Assembly (NCBI GenBank): GCA_040220235.1
Contig: JAVJTO010000070.1
Source: Coleofasciculus sp. B1-GNL1-01
GTDB lineage: Bacteria > Cyanobacteriota > Cyanobacteriia > Cyanobacteriales > Coleofasciculaceae
DNA: 64,000 nt
Strand: one strand, 5' to 3'
Shown: positions 21,499-31,377 of the stretch, piece by piece
Layout: the number at the start of each line of letters is the position of its first letter
Numbering within the stretch: the first letter of the stretch is position 1
Translations under genes and position numbers: made by a program
Notes under the pieces: model-generated
The model's input: only the letters and a program-made list of their open reading frames with translations
Databases searched by the model: none
Told to the model about the DNA's origin: nothing

Positions 21499-21539
21499 GG
21501 TTTAGTCCTATATATTTCAATAGCCAATATAGCTCACAG

Positions 21540-21615
21540 GCAATTCAGGCAAAATCACCTTAAATAGAAACACCACCTTCTTCTACTCTTCCCCTACCTT
21601 AACAATGGATAAGGT
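21540..21615 (-). pseudogene. Deleted remnant of a third antitoxin-PIN module
   Basis: Upstream element followed by codons EEGGVSI-stop (copy 1 antitoxin ends ESGVSI) and VILPE (PIN motif VVLPE). Confidence 0.5.
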
Positions 21616-21707
21616 GGGCAATTGCCCACCCTACCTTCTGCAAGGAGAGGGGAGTTCTTGTTCCCCCTTCCCTGGCAGGGAAGGGGGTTAGGGGGTTAGG
21701 TTTCAAC

Positions 21708-24314
21708 CTATCGCGCCGCTGTCGGCATCCCCAAAATATCCTCAATCTTGGGCATCTCTTCCAACGGAATCACCCGTCCTTCATCCTCAAACCCAGCAAT
21801 TTGATCAAAGTTCAAATAGCGATACAAATCACCAGCAAAAGGATTCAATTTCTCCGTCACAATCGCCGTATATTCTTCAACCGTGGGAATCCGTCCCAAC
21901 AGCGCACAAACGGCAGCTAATTCTGCCGAACCGAGATAAACTCGCGCATCCTTGCCCATGCGATTGTTGAAATTCCGAGTTGATGTCGAAAAAACCGTCG
22001 CCTCATCTTCAACCCGCGCCTGGTTCCCCATACATAGCGAACATCCCGGCATTTCTGTCCGTGCATCCGCCGCCGCAAAGGTATCATAAACTCCTTCTTC
22101 CCGCAGTTGTTTTTCATCCATCCGGGTAGGCGGACAAATCCAGAGGCGAACTTTTACTTTTCCTGCACCTTCTAAGACTTTGGCAGCCGCCCGGTAATGT
22201 CCGATATTGGTCATGCAAGAGCCAATGAACACCTCATCAATTTTGTCTCCGGCACATTCGGACATTAATTTAACATTATCGGGGTCATTGGGGGCGGCGA
22301 CAATGGGTTCTTTGATTTCGTTCAAATTGACTTCGATAATATCGGCATACTCGGCATTGGCATCCGCTGACATTAACTCTGGATTTGCCAACCATTGCTC
22401 CATTTTAGCGACACGGCGCATCAGGGTACGGGCATCTTGATAGCCTCGCGCTACCATGTTTTTCAACAGCACAATGTTGGAATGCAGATACTCGGAAATT
22501 GTCTCTTTCCCCAGCTTAATCGTTGATCCGGCACAAGACCGTTCGGCTGTGGCATCGGTGAGTTCAAAGGCTTGTTCGACTTTTAAATCCGGTAAGCCTT
22601 CCATCTCCATAATCCGTCCAGAGAAGACGTTTTTCTTGTTCTCTTTCGCAACGGTTAATTTGCCTTGTTGAATCGCCACATAAGGAATTGCATTAACAAT
22701 ATCCCGCAGGGTGACGCCGGGTTGCAATTCACCCGTAAACCGGACTAAGACAGATTCGGGCATATCTAAGGGCATTACGCCTAACGCTGCTGCAAATGCG
22801 ACTAACCCGGAACCAGCGGGGAAGGAAATCCCTAAGGGGAAACGGGTGTGAGAGTCGCCACCTGTTCCTACCGTATCCGGTAATAACATCCGGTTTAACC
22901 AAGAGTGGATAATCCCATCCCCTGGACGCAAAGCGACACCGCCGCGTGTGGAGAAGAAGTTGGGGAGTTCTTTGTGGGTGGTAATATCCACGGGTTTGGG
23001 ATAAGCGGCGGTATGGCAGAAACTCTGCATGACTAAATCGGCGCTGAATCCCAGACAGGCGAGTTCTTTGAGTTCGTCTCGTGTCATGGGACCTGTGGTA
23101 TCTTGGGAACCAACGGTAGTCATTAAGGGTTCGCAGGAGGTTCCGGGACGCACGCCGGGTAAGCCGCAGGCTTTGCCCACCATTTTCTGTGCCAAGGTAA
23201 AGCCTTTATCACTATCCTCTGGTAAGGTGGGACGAGTGAAGAGGGTACTGGGGGCTAATCCCAGGGCTTCACGGGTTTTATCGGTGAGACTCCGCCCGAT
23301 TAATAGAGGAATACGCCCACCTGCGCGAACTTCATCCAGGATGGTTTCGGGTTTGAGTTTAAAGGTGGAAATGACTTCTCCGGCTTCGTTGGTGATTTCG
23401 CCTTTATAAGGATGGATGGTAATCACCATTCCCGTTTCCATCTTGGTGACATCACACTCGATGGGTAATGCACCGGAGTCTTCGGCGGTGTTAAAGAAGA
23501 TAGGCGCGATCGCACTCCCTAAAATATACCCGCCTGCGCGTTTGTTGGGAACGCAGGGAATATCTTCGCCAATATGCCAAAGTACGGAGTTAATCGCGGA
23601 TTTACGGGAGGAACCTGTACCGACAACATCGCCAACGTAAGCCACAGGATAGCCTTTTTCTTTGAGCTTGGCAATGGTTTCTAAGGCATCCGGCATCCGG
23701 GATTCCAGCATGGCTAAGGCGTGGAGAGGGATATCCGGGCGGGTGGTGGCGTGGGTGGCGGGAGAAAGATCATCGGTGTTGGTTTCTCCGGGAACTTTGA
23801 AGACGGTGACGTTGATGGCTTTGGGAAGTTTGGGACGGCGGATAAACCATGCCCCATTTGCCCAAGCATCAACCACCTGTTTAGCGTAGGGATTGACCTC
23901 TGAGAGGGCGAGGACATCGTTGAAGGCGTCATAAACCAAGGTAATTTTACTCAGTTCCACGGCGGCTTCATACCCTAAGGGGTTGTCTGGGGATTTGAGT
24001 AAATCGACTAAGGATTGGACGTTATAACCGCCTACCATTGTCCCCAAAAGGTCTACGGCACCTTGGTGACTGATTAGGGGGCTGGTGATTTCGCCTTTGG
24101 CAATGGCGGTGAGGAAGCCTGCTTTGATGTAGGCGGCTTCGTCAACACCGGGAGGAACGCGATCGCGAATTAGGTGCATTAGGGTTTCTTTTTCCCCCGG
24201 TGGCGGATTTTTCAGCAGTTCGCACAGTTCAGTGGTTTGCTTGGCGTCTAGGGGTAGGGGGGGAATGCCGAGTTCGGCGCGTTCTGCAACGTGTTGGCGA
24301 TAGGCTTCTAGCAT
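21708..24314 (-). CDS. acnB: Aconitate hydratase B
   Basis: [59 protein letters not shown]. Confidence 0.97.
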   Translation of the reverse strand: MLEAYRQHVAERAELGIPPLPLDAKQTTELCELLKNPPPGEKETLMHLIRDRVPPGVDEAAYIKAGFLTAIAKGEITSPLISHQGAVDLLGTMVGGYNVQSLVDLLKSPDNPLGYEAAVELSKITLVYDAFNDVLALSEVNPYAKQVVDAWANGAWFIRRPKLPKAINVTVFKVPGETNTDDLSPATHATTRPDIPLHALAMLESRMPDALETIAKLKEKGYPVAYVGDVVGTGSSRKSAINSVLWHIGEDIPCVPNKRAGGYILGSAIAPIFFNTAEDSGALPIECDVTKMETGMVITIHPYKGEITNEAGEVISTFKLKPETILDEVRAGGRIPLLIGRSLTDKTREALGLAPSTLFTRPTLPEDSDKGFTLAQKMVGKACGLPGVRPGTSCEPLMTTVGSQDTTGPMTRDELKELACLGFSADLVMQSFCHTAAYPKPVDITTHKELPNFFSTRGGVALRPGDGIIHSWLNRMLLPDTVGTGGDSHTRFPLGISFPAGSGLVAFAAALGVMPLDMPESVLVRFTGELQPGVTLRDIVNAIPYVAIQQGKLTVAKENKKNVFSGRIMEMEGLPDLKVEQAFELTDATAERSCAGSTIKLGKETISEYLHSNIVLLKNMVARGYQDARTLMRRVAKMEQWLANPELMSADANAEYADIIEVNLNEIKEPIVAAPNDPDNVKLMSECAGDKIDEVFIGSCMTNIGHYRAAAKVLEGAGKVKVRLWICPPTRMDEKQLREEGVYDTFAAADARTEMPGCSLCMGNQARVEDEATVFSTSTRNFNNRMGKDARVYLGSAELAAVCALLGRIPTVEEYTAIVTEKLNPFAGDLYRYLNFDQIAGFEDEGRVIPLEEMPKIEDILGMPTAAR

Positions 24315-24740
24315 TCTAGTTGTCTCCTCTCTAAGCGTTTGCTGGCATTTTGGCAGTTCAGGTTAGAATTTTTCAAGTGGGGTTGTTCTGTTCTGCCTGG
24401 TGTATAGGTAAAGGGTACTGTCTTCTCAAGCTGTTTATTGTTGGCAGTGAACGCTTACCATAGAATTTCTCTCGGTGCTGTATCTGATTTGACGTATCGT
24501 TGGCGTTTTCGCTCACGGCTAAATCATAGCTTCCAAGACATAAGCCCGGAACTCAAGTTCGGGCTAAAAGCTAAAACCCGTTAAAACGGGTTCAGAGCCT
24601 TGACAGCAGATTGTCGGTTTATCAGATACAGTTGGACGACGAGAAAAGGATGATTACTCAGGGATAAGGTATAAATTAAATAATGTACCTCACCAACTTG
24701 AAAACCCCTATCATGTAGTAAGCTTTAGCTTACTTGAGCT

Positions 24741-27119
24741 TTAAGCCGGAAATTTATTTCCTGGCTTCCAATGGGATTTGCGCTTCTTAATTTCAGCGAT
24801 GGGTAATAGTAAGGTGTCTTCTATTCCCTGTCGTACTTCCTGGCTGATGTAACAATCGCTGTTGAGGCAATCGACTAGCAGTTTATTGGCGTCGTAATAC
24901 TGCTGAAATAATTGCTCCTGTTTCTTGCTAAACTGCCAATTGTGACCAAAATTGCAATACTGCATCATCACATCTCTCAAGCCTTTAATCCAGATATATC
25001 TGTCAGAATCTAAAAATAAATTACATTTATTAAAAGCATCTTTGTCACCAGAAAAAGGAAGTGCTTTACTGAGCTTACAAAGTGCCTTCTGTAATTCTGT
25101 ACTTAAGTTACATAGTGATGCATCTGAGAGACACCATACTGCCTCATCCAAGTATTCTTGAATACCTATTCTTACACATTCAAGAGTAGTCGTCAACCAA
25201 TAATCCAGAGACATCATATCATGACTTGAGTAGATTTCTTTCTCTAATAACTGACTTGATTCGCTATTAATCATGGGAAAATCAATTATTATTGGGTGAA
25301 AAACAGAATTGATTCTCCGATCAAGCTCTACAGAATAGAAAAGGTTTAAATAGACTGCTCTAACAATGACTAATTTCTTAGAACTTTTAACCGATCGCGC
25401 CTTTTCATCCAACCATGTTAAAAATTGCTGTAATTTCTCATCACTAGCCACCAACCCATCAATTTTTTGCTTCATCTGCTGCACCAGTTCATCAGCATTT
25501 CGCATCATGCCAGCCGTCAGCAAAAATACCTCACGCCAACGCTTTTCCATAATCTTACTGACTAACAAACCAATGTCCGATTTAGCCACAATTTCTCTAG
25601 CCGTAAAATACTCGTGAAACGTCAGATGAGAAAACGAATAAATGCCTGTAGCTCGTTCTACTAACAACCCATGATGGGCTTCAATCGATTTCAGAACTGC
25701 CTCACTATCTAATAACAACGCATCTGGATCTGTTTTAGCATCGGGTAAATTCCGAATGTAATCAGCAATATACTGTTCAATGTCTCTTTGCTTAAACAAA
25801 TACTCTCCCCGCTCAAACGTAACAAAAGCAACTTCACTCAATAAATCCTCTTTACGCTGGACTGACAATTTTTTGTAAACCTGCTCTCGTACAATCCGCC
25901 GCTTCGCATCCCATTTTCGCAAAAGTGTATGAATGGCTCGACTGTACAATTCAGCCCGGTTAGCTGGAAATTCTCCAGAATCTTCAAATTCTATACACAG
26001 TAGCGTCAACAGCAGCGGGTTACTTGCCAGTTCTTTGATGGGTTCGTTATCTTCTAACTGTTCTATAAAATAGTTAGCTAAATCTAATTGTTTAGCTTGA
26101 AACCATTTGGTAGCAAATGTACGAATCTGCTTGTCGTCAAAATCATCAACCTCAACATCGGTGAATTTTTTAAAGATATATTCTCGTGCAGCAATCCGAC
26201 AAGTAATGACAAAGGTGTTAGCATCATAGTCTTCGGTAAAGGCTTGAATCTGATTTAAAACCCGATCAGCATCCTCTTCCCTAACTTCATCTAAGCCATC
26301 CAGCAGAATTAACCCGCTTCCCTGTTGAAGAATTTCAGCAACTTGGGCTTCGGTAACATTGCAGTTATCGAAAATTTGATTAATGTAGGTTGTCAGACTT
26401 GGCTGGTTTTGAGTTTCAGCAAATTGCTTCAGCGTAATAAAAATAGGAACCTTATCCGTTAAAACCTTAGATTTAGCACATTGAATCGCTAAATATTTAA
26501 GAAACGTTGTTTTTCCCGCACCTGGTTTACCGAATACCATCAACTTGTCATAGTTTTGGACGGCTTCTAGTCCCGGTATTCGTTCCTCTTTTACTTTACC
26601 AAATCCCAGACGGTCAAAGCTTTCGACGTCTAGATTACAACCTTGCATCAATTCATTAATCGGTAACCGCCTACGTCCAATGACTTTTTCCAGAATATTG
26701 ACCTTGGTATAAATATCCTTCAACCCAATAGGTTGAGTCATATCCAGCACTTTCATTGTGCCGCACTGCTTTTGAATGCTGGGTTTGATTTTCTGGCGTA
26801 TTTCTTGCACCAGGGTATCAATGTCTACCTCATGAGTAGGAGTCTGAGGAGTTGAAATTGGACGAGAGGCTTGATACTTCTGGATGAGAAAATGATTCAG
26901 TTTCGGAACCTTATTTGGACTCTTACCGCCAATGCTGAACTTCTTATAGACATGACTCATACGAGTGCGAAAGGCACCGGGAGAGATATGAAGAGATTCC
27001 GCGATCGCGTCTACATTCTCTTGACGACTGAAACGTGCCACAAACGCCTCTTCCTGTTCCAGGGAAAGGTCATAGTCGCGAGCGATTTTGGTTAGAAAGT
27101 CGGGGGGTAGCAGTTGCAT
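24741..27119 (-). CDS. HTH-NACHT (STAND) NTPase with cyanobacterial C-terminal helical domain
   Basis: N-terminal IAESLHISPGAFRTRMSHVYKKF HTH, GKPGAGKTT, LLDGLDE, NPLLLTLLC, FSHLTFHEYF, YYDANKLLVDCLNSDC. Confidence 0.9.
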   Translation of the reverse strand: MQLLPPDFLTKIARDYDLSLEQEEAFVARFSRQENVDAIAESLHISPGAFRTRMSHVYKKFSIGGKSPNKVPKLNHFLIQKYQASRPISTPQTPTHEVDIDTLVQEIRQKIKPSIQKQCGTMKVLDMTQPIGLKDIYTKVNILEKVIGRRRLPINELMQGCNLDVESFDRLGFGKVKEERIPGLEAVQNYDKLMVFGKPGAGKTTFLKYLAIQCAKSKVLTDKVPIFITLKQFAETQNQPSLTTYINQIFDNCNVTEAQVAEILQQGSGLILLDGLDEVREEDADRVLNQIQAFTEDYDANTFVITCRIAAREYIFKKFTDVEVDDFDDKQIRTFATKWFQAKQLDLANYFIEQLEDNEPIKELASNPLLLTLLCIEFEDSGEFPANRAELYSRAIHTLLRKWDAKRRIVREQVYKKLSVQRKEDLLSEVAFVTFERGEYLFKQRDIEQYIADYIRNLPDAKTDPDALLLDSEAVLKSIEAHHGLLVERATGIYSFSHLTFHEYFTAREIVAKSDIGLLVSKIMEKRWREVFLLTAGMMRNADELVQQMKQKIDGLVASDEKLQQFLTWLDEKARSVKSSKKLVIVRAVYLNLFYSVELDRRINSVFHPIIIDFPMINSESSQLLEKEIYSSHDMMSLDYWLTTTLECVRIGIQEYLDEAVWCLSDASLCNLSTELQKALCKLSKALPFSGDKDAFNKCNLFLDSDRYIWIKGLRDVMMQYCNFGHNWQFSKKQEQLFQQYYDANKLLVDCLNSDCYISQEVRQGIEDTLLLPIAEIKKRKSHWKPGNKFPA

Positions 27120-27224
27120 GAGACGAATGTTAGCCTATGTTAGCTATGTTAGCCTAAGTTTCAGCGTAATCTCTTAACTGCAAGGGCGATAGTAAGAAGC
27201 AGTTGAGTTCAAAGGTTAATCGAA

Positions 27225-27404
27225 ATGACCAAACAAAGGAATTTGAGTGCGGCTAAAATTATTATTTCCTTGAATATTCTGCTGACTCCTGTGGTACTGG
27301 GAACGGTTAGTTATTGGGTAATTAATTCTGATTTCCAGGGAGTGATTCAATTGAAGTTAAACCGCGATGGGGGTGAAGTGTTGATTGATAGGCGTTCTGA
27401 GTAG
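27225..27404 (+). CDS. Unannotated 59-aa single-TM protein divergent from the NACHT gene
   Basis: MTKQRNLSAAKIIISLNILLTPVVLGTVSYWVINSDFQGVIQLKLNRDGGEVLIDRRSE*; AAAGG upstream. Confidence 0.6.
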   Translation: MTKQRNLSAAKIIISLNILLTPVVLGTVSYWVINSDFQGVIQLKLNRDGGEVLIDRRSE

Positions 27405-27509
27405 AAGAACCTAGCGCGTCTGTAGGGGCGCACCGACGTGCGCCCGGTTTAACGATAAATCTATTCCAAAATTTTAGAGAGATAATGTTCTACCCAATTC
27501 CCTCACTAT

Positions 27510-27842
27510 TTATTCAGACGCTTCAATCCCTTTAACCACCTCAAAAAAGATAATCGCGGCAAACCCTAACCCAATAACAGAACCAATACTCAGAGCCAAT
27601 CCTCGCCCAATCTCTCCTTGAAATAACCGAACCAATCCCTCACAACCAACGACGGCTGAAATACCAGCCAATACCCCAGCCAATACGCCCGTATCCGCAC
27701 GGCTAATTGCCACAGCAACTGCCCCAGTTCCCGCTACACCTACCCAGTTCACAAACGCCCCAGCAAGGGTTACGGCAATCGCCGCACCGCCAGAACGAGC
27801 AATTAGACCAATAACTTTCCGTCTGCGTTGTCCTAGTATCAT
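27510..27842 (-). CDS. Small hydrophobic membrane protein
   Basis: 110 aa, Gly/Ala-rich TM segments. Confidence 0.5.
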   Translation of the reverse strand: MILGQRRRKVIGLIARSGGAAIAVTLAGAFVNWVGVAGTGAVAVAISRADTGVLAGVLAGISAVVGCEGLVRLFQGEIGRGLALSIGSVIGLGFAAIIFFEVVKGIEASE

Positions 27843-27878
27843 AGTTTTTATAGACGATAAACCATCAACCCTGAACCC

Positions 27879-29492
27879 TTATCCAGAACTCAACTCCGCC
27901 AAACCCAACACTTCCTGCAACAGCCGTTGGTCTTCTAATTTTATCCGAAACCGTTCTTTCTCGATATCTCGAATCCAGCTTTGGCTTTTACCCGTCAATT
28001 GCGCTAAGTCGCGTTGACTGAGTTTGTTACGTTGTCTCGCTGCGATAACATCTGCGCCCGAAAGTATAGATGACTGGGATTTAGTTTTGCGTTTGGTCAA
28101 TCGTACCTTATTCGGCTCAACGGTAGTCAGCGCATGTTCCCATTCTGCTTTCAGTTCAAACCATAAAATCCGGGCTTTCATTAACAGGTTCCATTTACCA
28201 CGGGGCGCTGCATCCGTTAACCGCCTATTACTATTTCCATCTTGAATCCAAAACTCTAACGCCGCATCCGCATCGTCGGGAAGTTCCCCTAATTTCGCCC
28301 ACATGGGTTGAATCTCTGGTAAGTACGTCACCGGATCAAACACAGGTTTGAGTCCATAATGACTGAGAACTTCTAAATCGGTTTCAAATGTCCGCACCAG
28401 ACGTTTTCGTTCATCTCGCTGGGAAGACGCCCGCAGAAGTTTGTCCTCTCCATACGCCACCCGCATTAATGTGGGTACAGTAATCCGTTGTCGTTTGCCG
28501 ATTCTGGTTTTAAACAGCAACCACAACATCATCCGCGTCGCCCCTTCATGATGTTGCCAGTTACTCATCACAGCGCTGAGTAAAGTTTGAGGCAGATTAC
28601 CATACTGATAGAAGGCAGTTCGGTTTTGACAGCCTTGCCTATTTAAGAAGTATTTTGCCCAAATGCCTGCCCTAATCCGAAAGGTTAAACCAACCAAATG
28701 TTTATATCCTTGTTCGTCTTCTTGAAAATGATGTTCAATTGGCTGCAGATGCCACAAACGGCTTTGGGGAAGGCTAAATTCTGGGACTTTACCTTGCTTT
28801 GACCAATGAGCGCCGATGCTAATTTGGCAGGGCTGCTGGGCAAGCTGTTTGATTAGACTCAATTTAGCCGCTTTACTCAAATCTGTGCGTTTCTCTAATC
28901 CTAAATAGTTCTCAATTTGCACATCGTTGACAGTAAACTCTTCCTGCCACGGTTTCTCTAACCCTGTGGCGTGTGCGGCATATATTAAATGGAGACAGGT
29001 GGCTTTGATATCCATCGCCTCAAGCGTCGCCTGGGCTTCGTCAGCCGATAACGTATCCGTTGAGTCGGCATCGAGGGTAGGGGTTAGCCAAAAGTCCACT
29101 TTCCCTTTACCTTGACGCACCTGGCGCTGATAACAGAGTTTTCCAGACGCATCAGTGTGCCAAGGGAGAGAAAGGCGCTGTGCCAATAGGTTGCACGCTT
29201 CCCAGATAACGATGGAGGAGGCAAAGGGATTGGTTTTGTCATCGGCAAATAAGTCCGGACTGGTAGGAGGTCTTTGATTCAGCTTGTATCGTCCCTTTTT
29301 CCCATGGGCAGGAACGGGAGAACTGATGGGACAGTGAATCACACATTGAGGTTCAGGATAATATCCTTCACAGTTGTTACACAGATTCGGATCAATCCAC
29401 GTCTGGTTATCCTTGACTTTGATTGCACCCGTTGGACATTGAGTACGACAGATATCACACCCAGTACAACTTTGTGAGAGTTTGTAAGCCAT
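27879..29492 (-). CDS. cnfR: CnfR/PatB nif transcriptional activator (N-terminal 4Fe-4S motifs, C-terminal HTH)
   Basis: CTGCDICRTQCP and CNNCEG...QCVIHCP; C-terminal LSQRDLAQLTGKSQSWIRDIE; 537 aa. Confidence 0.9.
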   Translation of the reverse strand: MAYKLSQSCTGCDICRTQCPTGAIKVKDNQTWIDPNLCNNCEGYYPEPQCVIHCPISSPVPAHGKKGRYKLNQRPPTSPDLFADDKTNPFASSIVIWEACNLLAQRLSLPWHTDASGKLCYQRQVRQGKGKVDFWLTPTLDADSTDTLSADEAQATLEAMDIKATCLHLIYAAHATGLEKPWQEEFTVNDVQIENYLGLEKRTDLSKAAKLSLIKQLAQQPCQISIGAHWSKQGKVPEFSLPQSRLWHLQPIEHHFQEDEQGYKHLVGLTFRIRAGIWAKYFLNRQGCQNRTAFYQYGNLPQTLLSAVMSNWQHHEGATRMMLWLLFKTRIGKRQRITVPTLMRVAYGEDKLLRASSQRDERKRLVRTFETDLEVLSHYGLKPVFDPVTYLPEIQPMWAKLGELPDDADAALEFWIQDGNSNRRLTDAAPRGKWNLLMKARILWFELKAEWEHALTTVEPNKVRLTKRKTKSQSSILSGADVIAARQRNKLSQRDLAQLTGKSQSWIRDIEKERFRIKLEDQRLLQEVLGLAELSSG

Positions 29493-29846
29493 AATGCTAG
29501 GAAACTACTGCAAACTTTAATCTTTAATCGGTAAAATTCTGGACTCCAGCGGAACCTTTAGATTGTTTATTAATTTGATAGGGATTGAGTAACGGTCGAT
29601 CCGACAATAGACAACTGCCACCGATGACTAGCTATAGAGCCTTGCCTCAAATCACTGATGGATTCATGGCATTTTCTTTATGCTTATCAAAAATCTTTAT
29701 AATCAAATTTTCGCTTGTTATGTTCAGGATATTTGTTCAACCTGAGCAATTATCGATTTCTTAAGATTTCTTTTATTAGGTAACACTTTTTAATACTTTT
29801 TTATATTAAAGTATTACTGTAGAGAATCTGAGATGGCTAGACGTAG

Positions 29847-29969
29847 ATGAAACGAACCACAATTACGATCAAGGTGACTGTCGAGCAAAAGCAACAGCTT
29901 AAACAGGAAGCAGAGAAAGACAAGCGAACGCTGTCAAACTATATCAAAGTGAAACTTGGCTTACTCTAA
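29847..29969 (+). CDS. Unannotated 40-aa ribbon-helix-helix (CopG-like) protein
   Basis: MKRTTITIKVTVEQKQQLKQEAEKDKRTLSNYIKVKLGLL: beta strand then two helices with the RTLSNYI turn. Confidence 0.65.
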   Translation: MKRTTITIKVTVEQKQQLKQEAEKDKRTLSNYIKVKLGLL

Positions 29970-30580
29970 GCCAGGTAAATCTCAATCCTGGCTCAAAATT
30001 GCTGTTTTTGCTAGTAAATGCCCAATTTTAATGTCTGAGAGGAGGATTTGACCTATTTTGATCTCGACTGATTGATTTTGGCGATGAAGCGTCATATTCA
30101 GCGATTTGAAACTTGCATCAGTTTTATGCAAAGCTGACTTGTAGGTTACTAAACAGTGACAAGATAGTGATCCCATTACATTGGCAGCTTGCCACTCTTG
30201 AACTGTATAAATACAGAGGATTCAGAGTTTGTAGAACACTATTGGTTTTGTTAAATCGTTGACTGATCCACCAATCAAACAGTCCGAGCGTGGCAAGTTG
30301 TCTATCTCTAGATAGAGGAATATTTTTCTGTAAAAATAGGGTTGTTTTGTAGTCTAATTAACTGAAATATATAACAAAACAAGCTATGAGGTTCAAGTTT
30401 GATTTTTATTGAACAACCTTTGGTATCAATTTTAACAAAATTTAGGCGAGATTTAGGATAATAGTGAAGTGGAATTGAATAAGATTAGGGGGAAAATCGC
30501 AATCAACCCTCTAGCTTTCAGACGAGCGCAAAAACAACGTCACAAAAGCTACCCGATCATCCTTGTTTAATTGTTACCTG

Positions 30581-31030
30581 TAAGGAGTCAGACAAAATTA
30601 AAGTTGACGGTTGAGATTTGGAAACGCTCAACGGGGAACAGGAAAGATTAGACGGTTAAGATGTTTTAGTACAGCGGACAGAATTTATGTCCAGGTCGTT
30701 AATGACAGCCAGCAAGTAGTTGGTGAAAATCACCCCAACTATTTTAAGTTATGTAAACATTCCTCAAACCCTTACATAGGGCTTGCTGAATAAGTATTGG
30801 GGAGATGAGATGAGGGGGTGAGAGGGTGAGGGGGTGAGGGGGAGATGAGGAAACAGTAGTGCTTTTCGTCCTCTAACTCTTGATAGATAAGGGTTAGAGG
30901 GTTGTGCAGCCAACCCTACATAGGACGTAGCTTGCTTCTCGAAGAGCGAGTATGACAAATGACGAACGATAAATGACAGCACGTCTGGAAAATCCGGTGG
31001 GCTTTCCGACGGTGAAATCGCTTTCATCAG
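30581..31030. repeat. Cluster of TAAGTAG-type MITE pieces and short tandem repeats
   Basis: TAAGGAGTCAGACAAAATTAAAGTTGACGG, CCTCAAACCCTTACA, GAGGGGGT and AAATGAC repeats. Confidence 0.65.
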
Positions 31031-31377
31031 AGAAAAATCAGTAGATGTAGCTCGATTTAAGAACTTGCCTTATCATGAGTGAGTTGGTTCGTGTCTAATG
31101 GTCAACCTCTCCTCGAATCAGAATCTTTCCATTGACCATTCCTGGCACTGACAACACCTACCACTGAGGAAACTGGGTGTGTGTGGTAGATGACAGGCGA
31201 TTTGAGCTAAGGACTTTACAATTAGTTACATGAATGTGGATAATAGCAAGCAGCAACATCTATTAACATTTTTTATGTTAAAGGCGAGAAAATTTAATAA
31301 AATTTTAAGCATTCAACCGTTCACTCCCGCAAAACCCTCGCAATAGTTGAGCCACGCATCTGAGTGTGGAGAAAATC

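Noticed and set aside
29500..30400. NtcA boxes upstream of cnfR
   Set aside because: Only mismatched GTA-N8-AAC/GAC variants (29531, 30141, 30349), expected by chance in AT-rich DNA.
30611..31027. ORFs of 60 and 87 aa
   Set aside because: Lie within MITE and tandem-repeat sequence.
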